Of a DNA stretch of 64,000 nt, positions 37,949 through 50,700 are shown piece after piece. Position numbers and translations under genes: made by a program. A model generated the notes under the pieces. That model was given only the letters and a program-made list of their open reading frames with translations. It did no database searches and had not been told where the DNA came from. Numbering within the stretch: the first letter of the stretch is position 1; the number at the start of each line of letters is the position of its first letter. Origin of the DNA: Nitrospirales bacterium (GTDB taxonomy: Bacteria > Nitrospirota > Nitrospiria > Nitrospirales > UBA8639); assembly GCA_965203295.1 (NCBI GenBank), contig CBDBCZ010000018.1:1376001-1440000 (forward strand), read 5' to 3'.

Positions 37949-40900
37949 CTTAAATACATTTAGGTCAGAGAGTTTTCACTCGCTCTTTAGAGAATTTACA
38001 ATGGTGCTTAAAGTGCCACTTTTCATCTCATTACATGTAGCACCATGTGTGTTTTACGGGCTATTTTTGTATCCTAGATCTCATGAACGCACATACTTGT
38101 AGTAGATGACTCAGATCTTTGAATGTTTGTACGTTGCAACTTGAAGAAGGGATCCACACTTCCTTAGGTGACACCATTTGTGGGCCGGGGAGGGAGAGAG
38201 CACCCGAAGACTGTACGCACTCTCCACATAGAATTAACTATACCAGTATCCAAATTAAAAATTTATCATACTAGTTCTTAGCTGGTCTTAGTAATGAGAC
38301 AGTAAGAATCCTAAGAACTGTGCTTGAGTGTTGTTATCTTGAGCATGTACTGATGGGGTGTTCCTGACAGCGCTAGTTCTCCAGGGTTTGAGATGCCCTC
38401 TGACCTTTGGTGACATTTTAAGTTGAGCAGAGAAGATACCTTGCTAGCAAGTCATCTAAACCTGTATCACAGAGAGCTACTATTGTGGAGAGGTCTTAAA
38501 TGCATTTATGTCTGAGAATTTTCACTTGCTTGGAGCCCTTTAGCGCCATGTGTCTTTCTCTGGGTATTTTTATTTTCTAAATTGTCATGAAAGCACTAAT
38601 TTGTAGTCGATGATGCAGATCTTTCTTGCTAGCAAGTTTTCTTAACCTGTATCAGAAATAGCTACTATTGTGGAGAGGTCTTGCATATATGTATGGCTGA
38701 GAATTTTCACTTGCTGTTCGGAGAATGCACAATGGTGCTTAAGGTACCACTTTTCATCCCACTAGCACCATGTGTCTTTCTACAGCTATATACGATCGCT
38801 TCCTAGACTGTCATGAAGGCACATATTTGTAGTAGATGACTCAGATCTATTCTTGGTGAGCATGCAATGGTGAAGCACCACAGCATTACATTGAGGGAGG
38901 TGGATGTTACGGATTCCAACCCTGGCCTTAGCCAATCATGTACCATTCTGGTATGGGACATCAAATCATAGCACTATCCCATCAACAAGGAACTTGGTCT
39001 TGTCCATCAGGCCTACAGTTCACTAATCCAGCCTCCCCACTGTACCTGACTCTATTCCCTGTTTTGTTTCAGTCCTCATTTCCCTCCTATCCTAATTATT
39101 CGCTCGTTTCTATTTATTCACTACTTTCCCCTGTTTCAAGCAGTACTTTTGTAACACCTCACTCTACCCCTGATGTTGACAGCTGTATAGTAATCTTGTA
39201 CCAGAGATAGATAATACTGTGTGAATTGCACAATGTTGCTTAAGTGTCACTTTTTATCTCGTTAGCACCATGTGTCTTTCGCTGGCTATTTTCGCATCCT
39301 AGACTGTCATTAATGCACATACTTGTAGTAGATGACTCGGATCTTTGAACTTTTGTTCGTTGCAACTTGAAGAAGGAATTTACACTTCTCATTAGGTGAC
39401 ACCATTTGTCGAGGGGGTGGGTGGGGAGCACCGGAGACTGTATGCACTCTCCACATATAGTCTAATTACGTATGCCAGTATCCAAATTAAAAATCCATTT
39501 TGCTAGTTCTTAGCTGGTCTTAGTATTGAGGCTGTAACAATCCTAAGAACTCTGCATGTGTGTTATTTTGAGCAGGTGAGGATAGAGTGGTCCTGACAGC
39601 GCTAGTTCTCCAGGGTTTGAGATGCCCTCTGACCTTTAATGAATTTACAAGGTGAGCAGAGAAGATACCTTGCTAGCAAGTCATCTAAACCTGTATCACA
39701 GATAGCTGCTATTGTGGAGAGGTCTTAAATGCATTTATGTCTGAGAATTTTCACTTGCTGTTTGGAGAATGTACAATGGTGCTTAAAGTGCCACTTATCA
39801 GCCCTTTAGCACCATGTGTCTTTCGCTGGGTATTTTTATTTCCTAGATTGATATGAATGCACTAATTTGCAGTCGTTTATGCAGATCTTTCTTTCTAGCA
39901 AGTTTTCTTAACCTGTATCAGAAATATCTACTATTGTGTTCCTGACAGCGCTAGTTCTCCAGGGTTTGAGATGCCCTCTGACCTAAGATATCTTCCTAGC
40001 AAGTCTTCTAAACCTGTATCACAGTTAGCTACTATTGTGTACTTTTCAGCCCTTTAGCACCATGTGTCTTTCGCTGGGTATTTTTATTTCCTAGATTGAT
40101 ATGAATGCACTAATTTGCAGTCGTTTATGCAGATCTTTCTTTCTAGCAAGTTTTCTTAACCTGTATCAGAAATATCTACTATTGTGTTCCTGACAGCGCT
40201 AGTTCTCCAGGGTTTGAGATGCCCTCTGACCTTTGGTGACATTTCAAGTTGAGCAGAGAAGATACCTTGCTAGCAAGCCTTCAAAACCTGTATCACAGAT
40301 AGCTACTATTGTGGAGAGGTCTTAAATGCATTTATGTCTGAGAATTTTCACTTGCTTGGAGAATTCACAATGGTGCTTAAGTGCCACTTTTCAGCCCTTT
40401 AGCGCCATGTGTCTTTAGCTGGGTATTTTTATTTCCTAGTTTATAGCTGGTCTTAGTAATGAGGCTGTAACAGTCCTTAGAACTGTGCTTGAGTGTTATC
40501 TTGGGCATGTGCTGATGGGGTGTTCCTGACGGTGCTAGCTAACCAGAGTTTGAGATGCCTTCTGACCTTTGATGAGATTTCAAGACGAGCAGAGAAGATA
40601 TCTTCCTAGCAAGTCTTCTAAACCTGTATCACAGTTAGCTACTATTGTGTACTTTTCAGCCCTTTAGCACCATGTGTCTTTCGCTGGGTATTTTTATTTC
40701 CTAGATTGATATGAATGCACTAATTTGCAGTCGTTTATGCAGATCTTTCTTTCTAGCAAGTTTTCTTAACCTGTATCAGAAATATCTACTATTGTGGAAA
40801 GGCCTTGCATATATATATGGCTGAGAATTTTCACTTGCTGTTTGGAGAATGCACAATGGTTCTTAAAGTGCCATTTTTCATCCCACTAGCACCATGTGTC

Positions 40901-40964
40901 TTTCTACAGCTATGTTCGCTACCTAGACTCATGAAGGCACATATTTGTAGTAGATGACTCTGTT

Positions 40965-41310
40965 CTATCCTTGCTGAGCATGCAATGGTGAAGCACCACG
41001 GCATTACATTGAGTGAGGTGAATGTTACGAATTTCAACCCTGGACTTAGCCAATGATGTACCATTCGGGTATGGCACATCCAATCATAGCACCATCCCAT
41101 CAACAAGGAACTTGGTCTTGTCCATCAGGACTACAATTCACTAATCCAGCCTCCCCGCTGTACCCGACTCTATTCCCTGTTTTGTTTCAGTCCTCATTTC
41201 CCTCCTATCCTAATTATTCGCTCGTTTCTATTTATTCACTACTTTCCCCTGTTTCAAGCAGTACTTTTGTAACACCTCACTCTACCCCTGATGTTGACAG
41301 CATTATAGTA
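40965..41310 (+). mobile_element. Representative satellite-embedded Penelope-like 3' fragment (about 17 copies in the array)
   Basis: Translates SILAEHAMVKHHGITLSEV...Q*CTIRVWHIQS*HHPINKELGLVHQDYNSLI, followed by a pyrimidine-rich UTR and ctgatg(a/t)tgacagc. Confidence 0.75.
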
Positions 41311-42870
41311 ATCTTGTACCAGAGATAGATAATACTGTGGAAATTGCACAATGGTGCTTAAGTGACACTTTTTATCCCGTTAGCACCATGTGTCTTTCAC
41401 TGGCTATTTTTGCATCCTAGACTGTCATTAATGCTCATACTTGTAGTAGATGACTCGGATATTCAAACGTTTGTACGTTACAACTTGAAGAAGGGATTTG
41501 CACTTCTCTTTAGGTGACACCACTTGTGGGGGGGGGGGGGGGGGGGGGTGTGGGGAGCACCCGGAGACTGTATGCACCTTCCACATAGTCTAATTATGCC
41601 AGTATTCAAATTAAATTCTTTTTTACTAGTGTTTCGCTGGTCTTAGTAATGAGAGTGTAATAATACTAAGAACTGTGCTTGAGTGTTATTTTGAGCAGGT
41701 GCTGATGTGGTGGTCCTGACGGTGCAACTTCACCAGGGTTTGAGATGCTCTCTGACCTTTGATAAGATTACAAGGCGAGCAGAGAAAATAAATTGCTAAC
41801 TAGTCATATAAATCTATATCACAGATAGCTACTATTGTGAAGAGGTCTTAAATGCATTTATGTCTGAGAATTTTCACTTGCCCTTTGGAGAATTCGCAAT
41901 GGTGCTTAAGTGCCACTTTTCAGCCCTTTGGCATCATGTGTCTTTCGTTGGTATTTTTATTTCCTAGATTGTCATGAATGCACTAATTTATAGTCGATGA
42001 TGCAGATCTTTCTTGCTAGCAAGTTTTCTTAACCTGTATCAGAAATACATACTATTGTGGAAAGGCCTTGCATATATGTATGGCTGAGAATTTTCACTTG
42101 CTGTTTGGAGAATGCACAATGGTGCTTAAAGTGCCACTTTTCATCCTACTAGCACCATGTGTCTTTCTACAGCTATGTTCGCTACCTAGACTGTCATGAA
42201 GGCACATATTTGTAGTAGATGACTCAGATATATCCTTGCTGAGCAATCAATGGTGAAGCACCACAGCATTACATTGAGTGAGGTGGATGTTACGAATTCC
42301 AACCATGGCCTTAGCCAATGATGTACCATTCGGGTATGGCACATCAAATCATAGCACCATTCCATCAACAAGAAACTTGGTCTTGTCCATCAGGCCTACA
42401 ATTCACTAATCCAGCCTCCCCGCTGTATCTGACTCTATTCCCTGTTTTGTTTCAGTCCTCTTTTCCCTCCTATCCTAATTATTCGCTCGTTTTTAATTAT
42501 TCACCACTTATCAAGCAGTACTTTAGTTACACCTCACTCTACCACTGATGATGACAGCAGTATAGGAATCTTGTACTAGAGATAGATATTACTGTGGAAA
42601 TTGCACAATGGTGCTTAAGTGGCACTTTTTATCCCATTAGCACCATGTGTCTTTCGCTGGCTATTTTCGCCTCCTAGACTGTCTTTAATGCACATACTTG
42701 TAGTAGATGACTAGGATCTTTGAAAGTTTGTACGTTGCAACTTGAAAAAGGGATTTACACTTCCCATTAGGTGATACAACTTGTCGAGGAAGTGGGTGGG
42801 GAGCACTCGGAAACTGTATGTACTCTCCATATATAGTCTAATTACGTACACCAGTATCCCAATCAAAAAT

Positions 42871-44517
42871 TCACTTTACTAGTTTATAGCTGGTCTTAGT
42901 AATGAGGCTGTAACAGTCCTTAGAACTGTGCTTGAGTGTTATCTTGGGCATGTGCTGATGGGGTGTTCCTGACGGTGCTAGCTAACCAGAGTTTGAGATG
43001 CCTTCTGACCTTTGATGAGATTTCAAGACGAGCAGAGAAGATATCTTCCTAGCAAGTCTTCTAAACCTGTATCACAGTTAGCTACTATTGTGGAGAGGTC
43101 TTAAATGCATTTAGGTCAGAGAATTTTCACTCGCTCTTTAGAGAATTTACAATGGTGCTTAAAGTGCCACTTTTCATCCCATTACATGTTCATGTAGCAC
43201 CATGTGTCTTTTGCGGGCTATTTTTGTATCTTAGATCTCATGAACGCACATACTTGTGGTAGATGACTCAGATCTTTGAATCTTTGTACGTTGCAACTTG
43301 AAGAAGGGATCCACACTTCCTTAGGTGACACCATTTGTGGGGCGGGGAGGGAGAGAGCACCCGAAGACTGTACGCACTCTCCACATAGAATTAACTATAC
43401 CAGTATCCAAATTAAAAATTCACTTTACTAGTTTATAGCTGGTCTTAGTAATGAGGCTGTAACAGTCCTAAGAACTGTGCTTGAGTGTTATTTTGAGCAT
43501 GTGCTGATGGGGTGTTCCTGACGGTGCTAGCTAACCAGAGTTTGAGATGCCTTCTGACCTTTGATGAGATTTCAAGACGAGCAGAGAAGATATCTCCCTA
43601 GCAAGTCTTCTAAACCTGTATCACAGTTAGCTACTATTGTGGAGAGGTCTTAAATGCATTTAGGTCAGAGAATTTTCACTCGCTCTTTAGAGAATTTACA
43701 ATGGTGCTTAAAGTGCCACTTTTCATCCCATTACATGTTCATGTAGCACCATGTGTCTTTTGCGGGCTATTTTTGTATCCTATATCTCATAAACGCACAT
43801 ACTTGTGGTAGATGACTCAGATCTTTGAATCTTTGTACGTTGCAACTTGAAGAAGGGATCCACACTTCCTTAGGTGACACCATTTGTGGGGCGGGGAGGG
43901 AGAGAGCACCCGAAGACTGTACGCACTCTCCACATAGAATTAACTATACCAGTATCCAAATTAAAAATTCACTTTACTAGTTTATAGCTGGTCTTAGTAA
44001 TGAGGCTGTAACAGTCCTAAGAACTGTGCTTGAGTGTTATTTTGAGCATGTGCTGATGGGGTGTTCCTGACGGTGCTAGCTAACCAGAGTTTGAGATGCC
44101 TTCTGACCTTTGATGAGATTTCAAGACGAGCAGAGAAGATATCTCCCTAGCAAGTCTTCTAAACCTGTATCACAGTTAGCTACTATTGTGGAGAGGTCTT
44201 AAATGCATTTAGGTCAGAGAATTTTCACTCGCTCTTTAGAGAATTTACAATGGTGCTTAAAGTGCCACTTTTCATCCCATTACATGTACATGTAGCACCA
44301 TGTGTCTTTTGCGGGCTATTTTTGTATCCTATATCTCATAAACGCACATACTTGTGGTAGATGACTCAGATCTTTGAATCTTTGTACGTTGCAACTTGAA
44401 GAAGGGATCCACACTTCCTTAGGTGACACCATTTGTGGGGCGGGGAGGGAGAGAGCACCCGAAGACTGTACGCACTCTCCACATAGAATTAACTATACCA
44501 GTATCCAAATTAAAAAT
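42871..44517 (+). repeat. Three near-identical tandem 549-bp monomers
   Basis: The same anchor occurs at 42871, 43420, 43969 and 44518. Confidence 0.92.
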
Positions 44518-47500
44518 TCATCATACTAGTTCTTAGCTGGTCTTAGTAATGAGGCTGTAACGATCCTAAGAACAGTGCTTGAGTGTTGTTATCTTGAGCA
44601 TGTACTGATGGGGTGTTCCTGACAGCGCTAGTTCTCCAGGGTTTGAGATGCCCTCTGACCTTTGGTGACATTTCAAGTTGAGCAGAGAAGATACCTTGCT
44701 AGCAAGCCTTCAAAACCTGTATCACAGATAGCTACTATTGTGGAGAGGTCTTAAATGCATTTATGTCTGAGAATTTTCACTTGCTTGGAGAATTCACAAT
44801 GGTGCTTAAGTGCCACTTTTCAGCCCTTTAGCGCCATGTGTCTTTAGCTGGGTATTTTTATTTCCTAAATTGTCATGAATGCACTAATTTGTAGTTTATG
44901 ATGCAGATCTTTCTTGCTAGCAAATTATCTTAACCTGTATCAGAAATAGCTACTATTCTGGAGAGGCCTTGCATATATGTATGGCTGAGGATTTTCACTT
45001 GTTGTTTGGAGAATTCACAATGGTGCTTAAAGTGGCACTTTTCATCCCACTAGCGCCATGTGTGTTTTTACGGCTATGTTCGCCTCCTAGACTGTCATGA
45101 AGGCACATATTTGTATTAGACGAATCATATCTATCCATGCTGAGCATGCAATGGTGAAGCACCGAGTGAGGAGGATGTTATATGGATTCCAACCCTGGCC
45201 TTAGCCAATGATGTACCATTTGTGTATGGCACATCCAATCATAGAACCATCCCAGCAACAAGGAACTTCGTCTTGTCCATCAGTCCTACAATTAACTAAT
45301 CCAGCCTCCCCGATGTACCTGACTCTATTTCCTGTTTTGTTTCAGTCCTCATTTCCCTCCTATCCTAATTATTCGCTCGTTTTTAATTTTTCACTACTTT
45401 CCCTTGTTTCAAGCAGTACTTTTGTAACACCTCACTCTACCCCTGATGTTGACAGCTGTATAGTAATCTTGTACCAGAGATAGATAATACTGTGTGAATT
45501 GCACAATATTGCTTAAGTGCCACTTTTTATCTCGTTAGCACCATGTGTCTTTCGCTGGCTATTTTCGCATCCTAGACTGTCATTAATGTACATACTTGTA
45601 GTAGATGACTCGGATCTTTGAACTTTTGTACGTTCCAACTTGAAGAAGGAATTTACACTTCTCATTAGGTGACACCATTTGTCGAGGGGGTGGGTGGGGA
45701 GCACCCGGAGATTGTATGCACTCTCCACATATAGTCTAATTACGTATGCCGGTATCCAAATTAAAAATTCACTTTACTAGTTCTTAGCTGGTCTTAGTAT
45801 TGATGCTGTACCAATCTTAAAAACTTTGCATGAGTGTTATTTTGAGCAGGTGAGGATAGAGTGGTCCTGACAGCGCTAGTTCTCCAGGATATGAGACGCC
45901 CTCTGACCTTTAATGAGATTACAAGGTGAGCAGAGAAGATACCTTGCTAACAAGTCATCTAAACCTGTATCACAGATAGCTGCTATTGTAGAGAGGTCTT
46001 AAATGCATTTATGTCTGAGAATTTTCACTTGCAAGCTCTTTGGAGAATTCACAATGGTGCTTAAGTGCCACTTTTCAGCCCTTTAGCACCATGTGTCTTT
46101 CGCTGGGTATTTTTATTTCCTAGATTGACATGAATGCACTAATTTGTAGTCGATCTTTCTTGCTAGCAAGTCATCTTAACCTGTATCAGAAATAGCTACT
46201 ATTGTGGAGAGGCCTTGCATTTATGTATGGCTGAGAATTTTCACTTGCTGTTTGGAGAATGCACAATGGTGCTTAAAGTGCCACTTTTCATCCCACTAGC
46301 ACCATGTGTTTTCTACAGCTATGTTCGCTACCTAGACTGTCATGAAGGCACATATTTGTATTAGATGACTCAGATCTATCCTTGCTGAGCATGCAATGGT
46401 GAAGCACCACCATTACATTGAGTGAGGTGGATGTTACGGATTCCAACCCTGGCCTTAGCCAATGATGTACCATTCGGGTATGGCACATCCAATCATAGCA
46501 CCATCCCATCAACAAGGAACTTGGTCTTGTCCATCAGGACTACAATTCACTAATCCAGCCTCCCCGCTGTACCTGACTCTATTCCCTGTTTTGTTTCAGT
46601 CCTCATTTTCCTCCTATTCTAAATATTCGCTCGTTCTTAATTATTCACTACTTTCCTTGTTTCAAGCAGTAATTTTGTAACACCTCACTCTACCCCTGAT
46701 GATGACATCTGTATAATCTTGTACCAGAGATAGATAATACTGTGGAAATTGCCCAATGTTGCTTAAAGTGCCACTTTTTATCCCGTTAGCACCATGTGTC
46801 TTGCTCTGGCTATTTTCGCATCCTAGACTGTCATTAATACACATACTTGTAGTAGATGACTCGGATCTTTGAACTTTTGTATGTTGCAACTTCAAGAAGG
46901 AATTCACTCTTCTCATTAGGGGACACCACTTGTCGAGGGGGTGGGTGGGGAGTACCCATAGACCGTATGCACTCTCCACATATAGTCTAATTACGTATGC
47001 CATATCCAATATAAAAAATCCATTTTAGTAGTTTTTAGCTGGTCTTAGTATTCAATTTGATGCTGTAACAATCCTAAGAGCTTTGCATGTGTGTTATTTG
47101 GGTCAGGTGAAGATAGAGTGGTCCTGACAGCGCTAGTTCTCTGGGGTTTGAGATGCCCTCTGACCTTTAATGAGATTACAAGGTGAGGACGGAAGATACC
47201 TTGCTAGCATGTCTTCTAAACCTGTTCCACAGAAAATGCATTTATGTCTGTGAATTTGCAATTATTCTTTGGAGAATTTACAATGGTGCTTAAAGTGCCA
47301 TTTTTATCCCGTTAGCACCATGTGTCTTTCGCTGGCTATTTTCGCATCATAGACGGTCATTATTGCACATACTTGTAGTAGATGATGCAGATCTTTCTAG
47401 CTAGCAAGTTTTTTTAACCTGTATCAGAGATAGCTACTATTGTGGAGAGGCCTTGCATATATGTATAAGTGAGAATTTTCACTTGCTCTTGGAGAATGCA

Positions 47501-47751
47501 TAATGATGCTTAAAGTGCCACTTTTCAGCCCATTAGCACCATCTGTCTTTTGCCGGCTATTTTCGTTTCCTAGGTTATCATGATTGCACATAATACAGCA
47601 GCTATGTTCGCTACCTAGACTGTCATGAAGGCACATAATTGTTGTAGATGACTCAGATCTATCCTTGCTGAGCATGCAATGGTGAAGCTCCACAGCATAT
47701 ATGGAGTGAGGTGGAAGCTACGAATTCCAACCCTGGCCTTAGCCAATGATG

Positions 47752-50700
47752 GTGAATAATTAAAAACGAGTGAATAATTAAGATAGGAGGGAAATGAGGA
47801 CTGAAAAAAACAGGAAATAGAGTTAGGTACATCGGGGAGGCTGGATTAGTAAATTGTAGGCCTGATGGACAAGACCAAGTTCCTTGTTAATGGGATGGTG
47901 CTATGATTGGATGTACCATAAACAAATGGTACATCATTGGCTAAGGCCAGGGTTGGAATCTGTAATATCCACCTTACTCCATGTAATGGTGGTGCTTCAC
48001 CATTGCATGCTCAGCAAGGATAGATCTGAGTCATCTAATACAAATACGTGCCTTCATGACAGTCTAGGTAGCGAACATAGCTGAAGAAAGACACATGGTG
48101 CTAATGGTATGAAAAGTGGCACTTAAGCACCATTGTGAATTCTCCAAAGAGCAAGTGAAAACTCTCAGACATAAATGCATCTAAGACCTCTCCACAATAG
48201 TAGCTATCTGTGATACAGGTTTAGATGACTTGCTAGAAAGAAAGATCGACTACAAATTAGTGCATATGTCAATCTAGGAAAAAATACCCAGCAAAAAACA
48301 CACGGTGCTAAAGGGCTGAAAAGTGGCACTTAAGCACCATTGTGATTTCTCCAAAGAGCAAGTGAAAATTCTCAGACGTAAATGCTTTTAAGACCTCTCC
48401 ACAATAGTAGCTATCTGTGATACAGGTTTAGATGACTTGCTAGCAAGAAAAATTGACTACAAATTGGTGCATTCATGTCAATCTAGGAAATAAAAATACC
48501 CAGTGAAAAACACATGGTGCTAAAGGGCTGAAAAGTGGCACTTAAGCACCATTGTGAATTCTCCAAAGAGCAAGTGAAAATTCTCAGACATAAATGCATT
48601 TAAGACCTCTCCACAATAGCAGCTATCTGTGATACAGGTTTAGATGACTTGCTAGCAAGGTATCTTCTCTGCTCACCTTGTAAATTCATTAAAGGTCAGA
48701 GGGCATATCAAACCCTGGAGAACAAGTGCTGTCAGGACCACTCTATCCTCACCTGCTCAAAATAACACTCATGCAAAGTTCTTAGGATTGTTACAGCCTC
48801 AATACTAAGACCAGCTAAGAACTAGCAAAATGGATTTTTAATTTGGATACTGGCATACGTAATTTGACTATATGTGGAGAGTGCATACAGTCTCTGGTGC
48901 TCCCCGCCCACCCCCTCTACAAATGGTGTCACCTAATAAGAAGTGTAAATTCCTTCTTTAAGTTGCAACGTACAAAAGTTCAAAGATCCAAGTCATCTAC
49001 TACAAGTATGTGCATTAATGACAGTCTAGAATGCGAAAATAGCCAGCGAAAGACACATGGTGCTAACGGGATAAAAAGTGGCACTTAAGCACCACTGTGC
49101 AATTCCCACAGTATTATCTATCTCTGGTACAAGATTACTATACAGCTATCAACATCAGGGGTAGAGTGAGGTGTTACAAAAGTACTGCTTGAAACAAGGG
49201 AAAGTAGTGAATAAATAAAAACGAGCGAATAATTAGGATAGGAGGGAAATGAGGACTGAAACAAAACAGGGAATAGAGTCAGGTACAGCGGGGAGGCTGG
49301 ATTAGTGAATTGTAGGCCTAATGGACAAGACCAAGTTCCTTGTTGATGGGATGGTGCTATGATTGGATGTGCCATACCAGAATGATACATCATTGGCTAA
49401 GACCAGGGTTGGAATCCGTAACATCCACGTCACTTGGTGCTTCACCATTGCATGCTCAGCAAGGATAGATATGAGTCGTCTAATACAAATACGTGCCTTC
49501 ATGACAGTCTAGGAGGCGAACATAGCCATAAAAACACACATGGTGCTAGTGGGATGAAAAGTGGCACTTTAAGCACCATTGTGCATTCTCCAAACAACAA
49601 GTGAAAATCCTCAGCCATACATATATGCAAGGCCTCTCCACAATAGTAGCTATTTCTGATACAGGTTAAGATAATTTTCCAGCAAGAAAGACCTGCATAA
49701 TCGACTACAAGTTAGTGCATTCATGTCAATCTAGAAAATAAAAATACCCAGCGAAAGACACATGGTGCTAAAGGGCTGAAAAGTGGCACTTAAGCACCAT
49801 TGTGAATTCTCCAAAGAGCAAGTGAAAATTCTCTGACATAAATGCATTTAAGACCTCTCTACAATAGTAGCTATGTATCTGTGATACAGGTTTTGAAGAC
49901 TTGCTAGCAAGGTATCTTCTCTGCTCAACTTGAAATGTCACCAAAGGTCAGAGGGCATCTCAAACCCTGGAGAACTAGCGCTGTCAGAAACACCCCATCA
50001 GTACATGCTTAAGATAACAACACTCAAGCACAGTTCTTAGGATTCTTACAGCCTTAATACTAAGACCAGCTAAGAACTAGTATGATGAATTTTTAGTTTG
50101 GATACTGGTATAGTTAATTCTATGTGTCTACTCCCCGGCCCACAAATGGTGTCACCTAAGGAAGTGTGGATCCCTTCTTCAAGTTGCAACGTACAAAGAT
50201 TCAAAGATCTGAGTCATCTACCACAAGTATGTGCGTTCATGAGATCTAAGATACAAAATAGCCCGCAAAAGACACATGGTGCTACATGTACATGTAATGG
50301 GATGAAAAGTGGCACTTTAAGCACCATTGTAAATTCTCTAAAGAGCGAGTGAAAACTCTCTGACCTAAACGTATTTAAGACCTCTCCACAATAGTAACTA
50401 ACTGTAATACAGGTTTAAATGACATGCTAGCAAGGTATCTTCTCTGCTCACCTTGTAAATTCAATAAAGGTCAGTGGGCATATCAAACCCTGGAGAACTA
50501 GCGCTGTCAGGACCACTCTATCCTCACCTGCTAAAAATAACACTCATGTAAAGTTCTTAGGATTGTTACAGCCTCAATACTAAGACCAGCTAAAAACTAG
50601 CAAAATGAATTTTAATTTGGATACTGGCATACGTAATTTGACTATATGTGGAGAGTGCATACAGTTTCCGAGTGCTCCCCACCCACTTCCTCGACAAGTG

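Larger units (their letters stand above)
35680..47751 (+). repeat. Complex satellite / higher-order repeat array, left arm
   Basis: Recurring anchors such as gctggtcttagtaatgaggctg, caatggtgcttaaagtgccactttt and tagcaccatgtgtcttt. Subunits of about 200 bp and about 550 bp; divergent monomers at the left edge. Confidence 0.95.

Noticed and set aside
42540..42600. Functional hammerhead ribozyme in the satellite
   Set aside because: CTGATGA is present, but no stem-II closure or GAAA follows; kept only as a remnant hypothesis.
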